Below, one piece after another: positions 16,901 through 31,721 of a stretch of 64,000 nt of DNA. The notes under the pieces are model-generated. The model saw only the letters and a program-made list of their open reading frames with translations. It was not told the origin of the DNA and ran no database searches. The DNA is taken from contig OZ024758.1 of the NCBI GenBank assembly GCA_964016885.1, positions 22,134,001 to 22,198,000 on the forward strand, written 5' to 3'. Numbering within the stretch: the first letter of the stretch is position 1; every line of letters begins with the position of its first letter. Both the position numbers and the translations under genes were made by a program. This DNA is from Eledone cirrhosa. Taxonomy: Eukaryota.

Positions 16901-18382
16901 AAAGTCAGCTCAAAAGTGACACAGAGAAGACTGAGGTTGGCTGGACATGCTCACCGACATCCAGAGTTGACATTGCACTCAGTGCTCCTTTGGGAGCCCC
17001 TACATGGACACACTAGAAGAGGAAGACCAAGGTTAACATATGTTGATGCCCTAAGGACAGACACTGGTCTGTTGGAGATGCAGGATATGGCAGCGATAAT
17101 GAGGGACAGAGACCGCTGGAGAGAACTCGTCCATGGATCTCGGGAATTTTACCCGCCTTAGATAGATAGATATATACAATAAAGTACCAGTAATGTACTG
17201 GGTAATTTGCTGGCCTTGTGCCTAAAGTAGAAACAATTATATATACAATATAAATGACAAGCATATAATTATATGTATTTCGATTCTGTAGTATACTTGG
17301 TATTTTACATTGCGCTATTTTCATACTTGTAATTAGGTATATTTATTATTACCCACATCATATATATATATATATTTATATATAGCTGCAATTCATCATC
17401 ATCGTTGATTAACATCTATCTTCCACGCTAGCATGGGTTAGACCGGTTTGTCCCATTTAGAGGCAAGATTGGTTGGGTGACCGTGTCTTGCTCATATAGG
17501 AGAGTTTCTATCTGGTTTTCTACGGCTGGATGCCCTTCCTAACGCCATCCACATTTACAGAGTGTGCTGGGTGCTTTTTGTCGTGCCACCTACACGATAA
17601 AATTATTATATATATATATATATATATATCATCATCATCATCATCGTTTAACGTCCATCTTCCATGCTTGCATGGGTTTGGACGGGAGTTTTCCCACTTG
17701 AGGCAAGATTGGTTGTCTTGCTCGTATAGGACTAACACCAACCACGTTTACAGTGTGGACTGGGAGGTTTTTACCGTGTTACCTACATGGCCACATTACA
17801 GCGTGGACTGTGTGTTTTTTTTATCGTGACACCTACACGACCTCATTTGTTTCGGACTGGATGTTGTGGTACCAACATAACTTTACATTGAAAGGGGTGG
17901 TGTGGATGAGGTGGGGGTAGTGGGACGGGGTGTATTTTTGTTAGAGGTGCCTACTGACTGTAGCAGGTTTCACTTTGTACTTAGGTAAGGCGGGTCTTCT
18001 GTATTACTGTGTAGCGCCAAAGATCTTGGTCCAGTGACATTGTCTTGGAGAGGTGTAAGTGTGTGAAGTCGGAATTTATCAAATCGTCCCAGGTAGCTAC
18101 AGTCTATTTTTATTGCCCTGCATAAACGATGATGAGGATAATAAAGACAACAAAAATGATATCATAAATTACATACTTTCCTTTGATAGACTAAACCAAA
18201 CTCTCGTAAGTGTTGCAAAAGACGTAGCTGAGCTTCCGACATCCCCTCTGTTGTGTAGTCCTAGAAAAACAAAAACATAATATATAAATTTATATAACAA
18301 CATATACATATATATATAAATATGTGTGTGTGGTGTTTTTCTTTGTTGTCTTGAACCTTCTTTGTTAATTTTCTTAAGTTTA

Positions 18383-18426
<44 letters not shown>

Positions 18427-21400
18427 TATATACATACATATATATATATATACATACATATATATATACATAGATATATATATCATCATCATCATCATCA
18501 TCATCATCGTTTAACGTCCATCTTCCATGCTTGCATGGGTTTGGACGGGAGTTTTCCCACTTGAGGCAAGATTGGTTGTCTTGCTCATATAGGACTGTCT
18601 GGCGGGTTTTCTACGGCTGGATGCCCTTCCTAACACCAACCACATTTACAGTGTGGAACAGGGAGGTTTTTACCGTGTTACCTACACGGCCACATTACAG
18701 GGTGGACTGTGTGTTTTTTTGTCGTGACACCTACACGACCTTGTTTGTTTCGGGCTGGATGTTGTGGTACCAACATAACTTTACATTGAAAGGGGTGGTG
18801 TGGATGGGGTGGAGGTAGTGGGACGGGGTGTATTTTGTTAGATATATACATATACTCATTCTGTAAATGTGGTTAGTGTTACAAAGGGCATCCAGCCATA
18901 GAAAACCTGCCAGAGACAGTTCTGTGTGAGCGAGACACAGTCTCCTGACCAATATTGCCTCAAGTAGGACAAAATCGTCCAACCCATGCTAGCGTAGAAG
19001 ATGGACGTTAAACAATGATGAAGATTCTATCGAATACATATGTATACTCATTCTATTGAAACATGTTAGCATAGTAAAATGGGATGTGAAAAGTATAGTA
19101 TAGAAATAAGGATTACCTTTCCAAATATTGAAAAACTCAGCTGGAAAAGGAATGACAGAGACTCAACTAAATCCATTCCACGAATCTAGATAACATTAAA
19201 GAAGATATAGCATTGATTATAATAGATGTGAGGTAAAACAGATGTACATATGCTGCAACACTGACTTCTACTGTATATATACATACATGAGTTTGAACAA
19301 TAAATACAGAAGTCAAGTGTAGGTAGAGTTAGTTTATTGTATCCTCCTAATGTTCTTGTGACAAACTTCTGATATTATATTTGTGTTTTAACCTTTATTA
19401 TATACTCTGATGATTCCGGCCTTGTGCTAGGATGAAACAATCGTAAGTGATTAAATGTTTTAAACACTCTTTGATTGTTATTTCTAATGTATATATAGAT
19501 ATATATTGACTAAAATATAGAATTGTTAGACTATGGAAAGGAACAATGCAAATTATGTAGTAAAGCTGACTTACCGCTAGAGTATCTAGGTATTGTAGCA
19601 TAAAGAACCACACTTGCGAAGGGGTGTCCATCAGGAGAAATTGGAAACCATTTGGTGTTATGACGGGTGGGTGTTCTTCTGAGTCACTGAAATATAGAAC
19701 ATTAAACATGAAATAAGAGAGATATCTAGTTTATTTTGTAAATAACATCAACCTTTTAGCATTTACACTACTCTATATATACTATTGTATTTTCACAGTA
19801 AAGGCTTTACCTCACATAACATTTACATTACTCTATATATACTATTGTATTTTCACAGTAAAGGTTTTACCTCACATAATATCTCACATAACATTTACAT
19901 TACTCTATATATACTATTATATTTTCATAGTAAAGGCTTTACCTCACATAATATCAAATCTATGAGATTTTGGTATTATTTATTTTGAAAACAATATCTT
20001 AACATCATACGAGAGACCAGTTACGGTCGATTTGAACAGAAAAAGGTGAGAGAATTCTCGCGGTTTAAATACTCGGGGGTTAATTAATGGTAAAATATGA
20101 AATAGGAGAGATATCTAGTTTGTTTTGAATGGTAAAATATGTCTAAAAAGTGAGAATACATATAAACAACTATCAATATCACGTATGTCTGCTATTATCT
20201 CTGCAAACAAGAGTTGGGTGGGCTGTCACAAACGGGCAGAGCCTTGCACCTCCAAGTGACCCACAGCCCAAGTAGAAGCTACTGACCTCTACAAAGATGT
20301 AAGTACAACATCTTGTTTACATACATCACCACCAGACTCGAACAGCAGTGCTTCCCAAAGTGGGTTCCGCAAAGGAGTGTCTGGGATTCCGTGAAAAAAG
20401 GTAGAGGATTATATTTATATTACAACCATATAACAGTATGTGAAGGCACATGGTTTAGTGGTTAGATCATTGGGCTTGCAATCGAAAGGTTGATGTGTTG
20501 TTTCCTTGAGCAAGACACTTTATTTCACGTTGCTCCAATTTACTCAGCTGTAGAAATGAGATGATAGGACTGGGGTCCCTATCATTAAATCACCCAAGAC
20601 ACCTCCAACGAGGTATACCATGGAGGAGGTCAGTTAAACCTGCATAGGTGTGAGCTGTAACAACGACATATAACAGTATTAGACTTTGGGGTTCTGCCAA
20701 AGGTTTCTGAACCAAAAAAGGTTCCATGTTTGAAAAAAGTTTGGGAAACTCTGTTCTACAGGGTGCACACATTTTGTCATGTCACCAGCATGAGGAAAAA
20801 GCCTTTACTGATGAAATTTAATAGTAAATATAGAGTACTGTAAATGCTAAAGAGTTGAATCTATGATATTTCCTCTGTCTGTCTGTGTCATTACATCCTG
20901 TAAGTTAGTAATTGGACAGAGAGCTATAAATAAATAGCAGACTGAAATATAAGACTGGGGTCGATATGACAGAACAGAAACCCTTAATGGTGATGCTCCA
21001 GCATGGACGCATTCCAATGACTGAAACAAATGTAATTGTTTCTACTTTTGGCACAAGGCCAGCAATTATCGCAGTATTACTGGTACTTTATTTTATCGAC
21101 CCCGTAAGGATGAAAGGCAAAGTTAACCTCGGCGGGATTTCAACCCAGCTCATAAAGGGTGGTAACTCTATGCTTCAAAGTATGGCGTCCGATCCTCTAC
21201 CGATACTGCCAAACAAATATAATACAAAGAAAAAAACACCGACATTTGAGAGATAGATAGAGAGATGCGAGAAGAGACAGATATATATATATATGTATGT
21301 ATGTATGTATACATACATATATATATATATGCGAGAAGTGAAAGAGAAAGAGATATGCGAGAGGCGAGAAAAGAGAGAGAGAGAGAGACTCTGTCAGCCC

Positions 21401-24400
21401 AGCCAAACAGCACACACGACCGTAGCACAACTAAAAACATACAGAATATTCGTCCGCTGCCGCCGAGCTGGCAAAACTAAGGAAGTTTCAGTGTAGCAGA
21501 GAAGGCGCTGTGAATAAGAGAACCGACAGCTACATTATCACACTCAACTTTATTGGCAGAATCCGGTAAAGACAAACGAAATGGAGGAAATGGATACGTC
21601 AGAGACAGACAAAATGAAGCAAGAATCATATAAAAAGGATACGGGAGAGACAAACGAAAAATATGCGTGTATCACGTGTGGGACGGCAATCGTTGAAAAG
21701 AGAAAAACCAAGACGGTTAAAATATCTGTAAGACCTCTCTCTCTCTCTCTCGACACACATATAATATACAGGGTGGTCCGAAAGTCTTGTCACCCCTACA
21801 TATTGTTTTAACTTTCAGTATCGGTAGAGGGTCGAACGCCATACTTTTCAGCATAGTTACGTCCCTTTACGATCTGAGTTCAAATCTCGCCGAGGTTGAC
21901 TTTGCCTTTCATCCTTACGGGGTCGATAAAATAAAGTACCAGTAATACACTGGGATAATTGCTGGCCTTGTGCCTAAAGCAGAAACAATTATTTTTGTTT
22001 TAATAATATAATATATATCGTATCATTAACTATAATATATAATAATTTTAAAGACGTGGTGGGGGGGTGACAAGACTTTCGGACCTCCCTGTACAGGGTG
22101 ACCACAAAACCACTCCTTGATTTCAAATACTTATAATATGAAAACTTAAATGAATATTCTTACAATATTAGTGGCTACAGTTACATAAACTAACAAAGCT
22201 GGTTGATATCATAAACACACGATGTGGTCCCCTTTTGTTGCTCGGCAAATATCAACGTGATAATCAAGCTTGGAGTGTTTTTGTGGTCACCCTATTAATT
22301 AGTAATATTTATTAGTTTGGAGTAGGTTGGGGGAAGTTATAAATTGTGTGGAATTACATTTTCTCTTCCAACTGTTATAAATATTTTCTTTTTCTCTCGT
22401 TACAAAAATGGAAGAAGAAAAAAATAACCGTACAGATATCGTAATTTCAGTGAGATTTACTTCCGCAAATGTCTAATGAACATCGAGTTGGTGTGATCGA
22501 AAGTGGTGGCTAGGTTAGATAGAGGGGTTAATTCAGAAGCATAACTTGGGTAAATAGTAACTCTGGCAAGCAGTGAAATTGCGCCCCTGCCCAACACTGT
22601 ATGGACCTAATAATTTATATAAATGGTTTAATGATCCAGCCACCATAGTGTTCTCAACCATGATAATCAGAGACATATCATACATCTGAAGGATTGTCTT
22701 TTTTCACTCTCCGACGAGGCTGGCCCTAGTTACGGCTCTGGTTTAAGTAAATCTTTGGCACAACGGGTGGAGGATGGCTGCAAGGCCACTAAAAGTCTCC
22801 GCTGTTGTCAGGGCAGGGGATTAGAAGAATTGTTAGAGCGTTGGAAGAAATGCCTCGCCTTATTTTTTACCTTAAAAAGTTGAGTCAGGAACAAAACTGC
22901 GCTGAAAGAAATATTATGTCTAACGCTTAGTCTCCAGCCCCCCCCCCTCCCTGGGCCTTCTTATTGCCCCCGGTGGGGGGGGGTACAGCCCACTTTGAGA
23001 ACCTCTGTTTTAAACCATTAAATGATTCGCCCAAAATACATATACTGACGTGTCGATAGATTATTGATATCCTGGGTCATATTAACTCATGGCCGGGGAA
23101 CTTACGTTTCCAATCGTTTTGGGGGTGGGGGCCAAGCTAAGCTTCTACCCTGTCAGCCGTGTGGATAATAAGGCCCTTTTTATGTTCGTGGCATAGAAAT
23201 GATTATACCTGTAATTAGGCTACCCAGTAGCAACTTTAATAATGCAATATTTTATCCAACGTATATGTACTGAGCAAATACGGAAGTGATATGTAGGTAC
23301 GCGCACAACTAACGACGACAAAAATGTCTCATATCCGTAACCTAGAGTTTTTGGCGCAAATTATATCAAATCTTTAATGGTATTTTTTTTTACAATTACA
23401 CCGGTCTCGCGCTAGATGTTTAATTTGTTTTTCATAAGCTAAGCCAAAAACATGTCCATACGAGCAGGACGTGGTCGCTAAACATTACACACGACCTGGT
23501 TAACCCCGTAATGTGACAACCCTTCTAACCAATGCAAGCATAGAAAATAGACGTTAAACATATATATATCTATCTAATATATATTTGTGAAATGGGTGGT
23601 GGTTGAAATTCAGATGTGCACGGTTAAATGGTAGTAGACGTGGTCGGACGGACATGAACATTTACACACCTATGTAAAAAGTGCCAAGGAAGCAAATAGA
23701 CGAGGTTTCAAATCTCTAACTTGAAAAATGTGGTCCCTAGGGCGTTCTAATACTTGGATGAGTTATTTTCCGTAGTCGCTTTCAATATTCATACAAATTT
23801 TTAAACTCATCAACTTTTTCATAACATATCAAACACAACGTTCTTTCGCTGTTTTTTTTAAAAATATTATTGAAAGTTTATTATAAAGAAGCAGTTTCAG
23901 GAAAAAAAATAAAAATATGCACTTGGGGCTGGACGGCGTACAATGAGAAGTGGGGCGACGTGAAAAGCGTTGTTTATTAACAGCGAAATAGCAATGTCTT
24001 TGAAAATGCAAATTATGAAGGTTTGTTTGATAGTTTACACTTTGATTGCCCTGGTCAGCAAGAGGGGCCTCTATATATATTAGACGTTAACGATCATACA
24101 GTACCGTTTTATGAAATCGATTCTGCAGTACAATTTTACGAAATGCCAAACCGAAAAAGGTTACTGTTTTCTAACAAAAGAAATAAAACCCTTACATTGC
24201 GAACCCCCTGTTCTAATACTGGGGTTAGTTATTTCCCCCTCTTCTAATAAACGTCTAATATATAGAGGCTCAGCTGCTAGTATATATATATATATAATAG
24301 AAAAAGAACCAGGAAGTTTCGTTTACATATAACAAATATTTATTGTGTATCGACCTGTTACGCGCACATCACCAGTCTGACGAGTCGGGTCCATAACTCC

Positions 24401-26915
24401 TGTGGGTTACCTTGAGTCAATCTTCTGCGAAACATGCGTAACAGGTCGATACAAAATAAATGTTTTATATGTCAACGAAACTTCCTCGTTTTTTCCTATT
24501 ATATACACTCTGTCTGTGCATAGTGTTTGATTTGGTACCAACACCAGTATTTCACTGTACTACTCCCACTATATATATATCATCAACGTTTAATGTCCGT
24601 GTTCCACGCTTGCATGGGTTTGGACGGGGGTATTCCCACTTGAGGCAAGAGTGATTGTCTTGCTCGCATAGGACTGTCTGGCAGGTTTTCTACAGTCGGA
24701 TGCCCTTCCTAACACCAACCCCATTTACAGTGTGGGACTGGGAGGTTTTTACCGTGTTGCCTACACGGCCACATTACAGCGTGGACTGTGTGTTTTTTTG
24801 TCGTGACACCTACACGATCTCATTTGTTTCGGCCTGGATGGCGTGGCACCAACATAACTTTACATAGAAGGGGGTGGTGTGGATGGGGTGGGGGTGGTGT
24901 GGACGGGGTGTATTTTGTTAGAGATGCCTACTGGCTGTAGTAGGTTTTACTATGTATTTAGGTAAGGCGGGTCTTCTCTGTTACTGAGTACCGCCAAAGG
25001 TCTCGGTCCAGTATATATATATATATATATATATATTGTACAGCCAACTCCAACATGGATAAACAGATGTGAAAATAGCCACATAATAAACCATCGTCAT
25101 TGTTTAACATCTATTTTTCTACACTAGCATCAGTTAGATGGGTTGTCCTGTTCTGAGACAAGTCAGATCTGATGAGCGTGTCTTGCCCATACACAACTGT
25201 TTCTGGCTTGGCTTCTACAGCTGGATGCCCTTTCTAATGCCAACCACATTTACAGTGAGTACTGAGTGGACTAGGTGCCTTTTATCATGGCACCTATACA
25301 ACCACTTTTACAGTGACCACTTTGTTTTTTGTCAATATAATTAAAAATAAACAAACCTTTGCATGAAAAATTACCTTTTAAACTATATTAATATTAAAAG
25401 TTTTTTTTTCCCCCCACTTCATTTTAGTTACCAAAAAAAGAAATACAACCAGACATAAAACCAACATCTCTTTTTGGAAATAAATCCAAACCTTATGAAG
25501 GTTCTGATGAGGATAGAGATCTTAACCGCATTCTAAGGATACCATGTAAGTCAGTTGAAAGCAAATTTCAGTTGAATGAATGCGAAATTAAGGAAATTAG
25601 TGATGAAATCTACAGAAAAGAAGAATGTTACAAGGTGGCAAATATTTATGATTTATTGGATGTCTACATTGAAAAACAACTTGTATGCTGTGGACACTGC
25701 CATGTAATAGAGAAAGAGGAATGTCTAGACGTTATTGGCTGCTCAGATGGTATACCGGGTTTGAATCCAATATATCTCTTTCAAAAGAAATTAAAATAAT
25801 TATCAATGTTACTACTATTGTTATATTCATCATTGTTGTTATTTATCTTCCAGTGATAACTGTGTATGAAAGTATTATTTTCAATAAAATACTGTTTATA
25901 TATCATCATTATTTTTGCATCCATTTTTTTACATTTGCTTGGGTTGGGTAGGTCCTTTTCAGCACAGCAATTTGCCACTCATCAGGTTCCTTCATGAGTC
26001 TCAGCGATTTCATTTCACCTTTCACCACCTCAGCCCTTGGTTTACCTCTACTGCAACTTCCTACCTTTGGCACTTTTTCACCCAGTGATCATTATCCATG
26101 CACATCACATGCCCATACCAATGCAAACTTCTCTCTTGCACACCACTTCCGATTCCTCTTAAACCCAGTTTCTCCCTCAATTCATCCAAGCTGTGCTGTT
26201 CTCTCACATTTAACCCTTTAGCATGTAAACCAGCTGTATCCGGCCAGAATTCTCTCACCTCTTTCTGTTCAAACCGGCTGTAACCAGCCACTCATACCAA
26301 TGTTAAGGTATTTTTCTCAAAATAAATAATATCTAAATCTCATAGATTCAATATTATGTGACATAATTGTGTAAGGTAATGCCTTACCACCAGCATCATA
26401 TCAGCGTAGAAGATGGACATTAAACAATGATGGTGGTGATGATGATCTTCAATGAAAGTGAAAATTCTTACAAGGCAAAAGACGAAAAATATAGGACTTA
26501 CGCTTTCATGAGACCTGCATGTAGTAACACCCATTTTATGTCCCGGCTAACACAGTCAGATGAGCCAACCATATAGTGAAGAACACACTACAAAATGAAG
26601 GCAATATATATATATATGTGTATGTATGTGTATATATGTAAAAGGTAAACAGCAATAACAACACAGTTGGTACAGTATATAGAAGGATATATCGACAGTT
26701 GACCGACTTTCGTCAAATCAGACCGAACAAACAATGTTTCCATTGGTCTTTCCAAATGCTCATACTATCTATCGGTTGCAACTCCAGGTAGAAGGAACAA
26801 TGTGAAATAAAGTGTCTTGCTCAAGGACATAATGCATCGCCCGGTTCGGGAATCGAATTCTCTAACCACTCAGCCACGCGCCTCCACTGAAGGATATATA
26901 TATATATACACACAT

Positions 26916-26949
<34 letters not shown>

Positions 26950-27540
26950 TATATATACACACACATATATATAATATATATATATATACACATATATATA
27001 TATCTGAGTGAGTTTCAGATGGTGGATGGGTGCTACACGAGAATGCTGAGGATGGCTCTGAACATTAATCAGTATACACTGAGGATGAAAAACTCAGAGC
27101 TGTATGGGAGCATCCCAAAAGTCAGCTCAAAAGTGACACAGAGGAGACTGAGGGTAGCTGGACATGCTCACCGACATTCAGAGTTGACACTGCATTCAGT
27201 GCTCCTGTGGGAGTCCCTACACGCACACACTAAAAGAGGGAGATCGAGGTTGACATATATTGATGTCCTAAGGACAGACAATGGCCTCTGGGAGACGCAG
27301 GACATGGCAGCGATAATGAGGAACAGAGACCGCTGGAGAGAACTCGTCCATAGATATTGGGAATTTTACCCGCCTTAGAATAGAATATATATATACACAC
27401 ACATATATATATATACACACACATATATATATATATATATACACATATATATATACACACACATATATATATATATACACACACATATATATATATATAT
27501 ATACACATATATATATACACACACATATATATATATACAC

Positions 27541-27596
<56 letters not shown>

Positions 27597-27638
27597 GTAT
27601 ATATATATATATACACACATATATATACACATATTCAC

Positions 27639-27695
<57 letters not shown>

Positions 27696-27701
27696 CATAT
27701 A

Positions 27702-27745
<44 letters not shown>

Positions 27746-27813
27746 CATATACACATATATATATACATATATATATATATACATATACACATATATATAT
27801 ATACATATACACA

Positions 27814-27847
<34 letters not shown>

Positions 27848-27859
27848 CATATACACATA

Positions 27860-27893
<34 letters not shown>

Positions 27894-27934
27894 CATATAC
27901 ATATATATATATATACATATACACATATATATAT

Positions 27935-28007
<73 letters not shown>

Positions 28008-28021
28008 CATATACACATATA

Positions 28022-28057
<36 letters not shown>

Positions 28058-28067
28058 CATATACACA

Positions 28068-28134
<67 letters not shown>

Positions 28135-28178
28135 ATATATATATGTATATATACATATATATATATATACATATACAC

Positions 28179-28211
<33 letters not shown>

Positions 28212-28474
28212 CATATACATATATATACATATATATATATATACATATACACATATATATATATACATATACACACATATATATATACATACACACACAT
28301 ATATATATATATATACATATATACATATATATATATATACATATATATATATACATATATATATATATACATATATACATATATATATACATATATATAT
28401 ATACATTTATATACATATATATACATATATATATACATATATATATATACACATATATATACATATATATATAC

Positions 28475-28519
<45 letters not shown>

Positions 28520-28625
28520 ATATCTAAACCAACCAAACAGTGAGTGTGTTCTGTTATTAATTCTGGCAATATTACGCAAATATGACCCTCCCCAAATATA
28601 ACAATATATATATACATATATATAC

Positions 28626-28690
<65 letters not shown>

Positions 28691-29439
28691 CATATATATA
28701 TATACATATATATATACATATATATATATACATATATATATACATATATATACGTTATTCCGGGTTGAATCGGAGGTAACCACAGTAAGTAAGGTACTCA
28801 ATACATTGCAGAGTATAAAAGTTTTAATATAGATGAGATTCTACAGGACTAGAACTGTTTCATTCTTTAGAAATCATCAGGAATCTGGGTATCAAAAAAT
28901 AAATATGGTATTTATAGGCCTCTACAAGTGGTAGGAGAGGGTGGGGAGTGGGATGGGTGTAGGTCATTGGTTGATAGAAAAGGGAATTCATTAAAAGCTA
29001 ATTCTACAAAGCTATAGTTTATTTTTATTAATTTTTGTTTTTAGAGTAACAAAGGCAGACAGAATTCTATAAACAGGTTCCGGATGGCATACCATTCCTT
29101 GTCATTAAGTTTCTCTTAAGCTAACAGATGTCTATAAGATCAGTGGGGGGTCAGTCATGGTAGATAGAATTAAAGGAAAGGGAGATTCTTTAAAAGCTAA
29201 ATTCATTAAGGTTCTACTAAGTGACAAAGGTTTAGAGAATTCTGTAGACAGATTCAAAATACTGAGTGCATATCTTACAATTATCTTTGAACTTCTCTTA
29301 AACTAATCAACTATATGCCAAAAATCAACAGACACATTCACAAAAAAACACACTCACTCACACACTCGCGCGCAACCATAAACACACATACACATACACA
29401 TATACACACATAAAACCACACACACATATATAAATATAT

Positions 29440-29504
<65 letters not shown>

Positions 29505-30105
29505 CACCCCTTTCCTTTAATTCTATCTACCATGACTGACCCCCCACTGATCTTATAGACATCTGTTAGCTTAAGAGAAACTTAATGACAAGGAATGGTA
29601 TGCCATCCGGAACCTGTTTATAGAATTCTGTCTGCCTTTGTTACTCTAAAAACAAAAATTAATAAAAATAAACTATAGCTTTATAGAATTAGCTTTTAAT
29701 GAATTCCCTTTTCTATCAACCAATGACCTACACCCATCCCACTCCCCACCCTCTCCTACCACTTGTAGAGGCCTATAAATACCATATTTATTTTTTGATA
29801 CCCAGATTCCTGATGATTTCTAAAGAATGAAACAGTTCTAGTCCTGTAGAATCTCATCTATATACATATATACATATACGGATCAGAGCAAACAGCACGG
29901 ACACTCTATCTCAAAATTATTTTTGAAAAGCATTTAGAAATGCGCAACCGGTAAAAACTTAAAACCACAACTGAATACTAACCCATACAATCACTAATAC
30001 TCTTTTATTCCTAATTAAACCATTTTTCAACTGTGAACAATTTGTCAGCATTTTCTATTCCGTTTACCAATATATAATAACTTGTGTGTTACACCTCTAT
30101 TCTTT

Positions 30106-30155
<50 letters not shown>

Positions 30156-30927
30156 CATATATACACATATATATATATATTTATATATATATATATATAT
30201 ATACATATATATATACATATATATACACATATATATACCCATGCTAGCATGGAAAGTGGACGTTAAACGAGGATGATGATGATATATGGTGGCTGCCAAC
30301 TCGTTTTCGAGTACGGCCACTACTTTATATCCATGTAGGAGAACCCCTACCGATGCGCTGAACAAGTATGACTTTTTAGTCCAGCCAGCGACTTGAAAAC
30401 TCTGGTACAAACACTACACTTGTGACAATTATTGACATAGTGCTGGGCCCATGGTACCTTGTGACGACAAGTGCAGAGAGATCTCCAGATATAAAGCAAT
30501 GCCTGTGCTGTGAAGCTTTTATAGTGAGCAAAGGCACTGCACAAAGCCAGTCCCACTCTCTTAACCAAGATGATATTTATCAAAAAGAAGAACAAGTCAA
30601 CATCATTGGATACCATCAGGGTTGCAGGTGTTATATCAGTTTTCCTTCTCCTAGAATTCTGCCTTGACAAAGGCTAAGGGGTCATCTCTCCCGGTCATTT
30701 TGGATGGCCATTGACTCTTAAGAGCTCTTTTGTCCTTTGACAGGTTTTGTTTTTAGTCCTGCGGGATGTCCAAAGTCACGCTCCTCACCAAGATACCTTG
30801 GTGGGGTTGCCAGTTTAGTCGCCAACGACCCGACCATGAGACAGGTTGTACTGGGATACATGTTACTAGTAGCACCAACTGGTGACCTGACATAAACTGG
30901 TGATATATACATACATATATATACACA

Positions 30928-30959
<32 letters not shown>

Positions 30960-31009
30960 CATACATATATATATAAACACACACATATATATATATATAT
31001 ACATATATA

Positions 31010-31045
<36 letters not shown>

Positions 31046-31676
31046 CATAATGTAGAAAATGATATGTTTTAAGAAGGCTAAGATAATGCAAAATAGCCGG
31101 TAAAATTTAGTTTAAACTAAAGACAACGAAAAAGTTAGTTACCAGATATTTATTGAGGATGAAAGACAAAGCTGACCTTGGTGGGATTTGAACTCAGAAT
31201 GCTTTATGGTATTCGTTCTGGCTCTCTATCTGACGTTCTAATCACTCTGCCAATTCACCGCCTGTATATATGGCATACTCTGAATGCCTTGCTTCCCTGG
31301 GCATAGATACATTGAAGCTCCGACATCTGGCATCTGACTTGGTAAACACCCACCAAATTATTAAGCATCTTGCCAACAACAACCCTGAGCACCTTTTTGA
31401 ATTCCGTTATTGAGGATGAAAGGCAAAGTTCACCTTGGTGGGATTTGAACTCAGAGAGCCGCAACGAATACCATAAAGCATTCTATCTGACGTTCTAATG
31501 ACTCTTCTAATGACATCAAAGATGTTCCAGCCATGACTATCGTGTCTATTATTAAAATAGAGTGTATTCATGATACAGACGCTGTTCACTTCCCTGACAT
31601 TTGTACATTATTCTATGTACTATACATGCACCTTTGATGAGTTGTAGTGCACCTGAGCACTGTACACAATAATTTC

Positions 31677-31721
<45 letters not shown>

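Larger units (their letters stand above)
28753..29862. mobile_element. Inverted pair of hammerhead-bearing pLTR-like repeats (locus 2)
   Basis: Minus copy at about 28753-29390 and plus copy at about 29506-29862, flanked and separated by TA-rich microsatellite. Confidence 0.7.
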
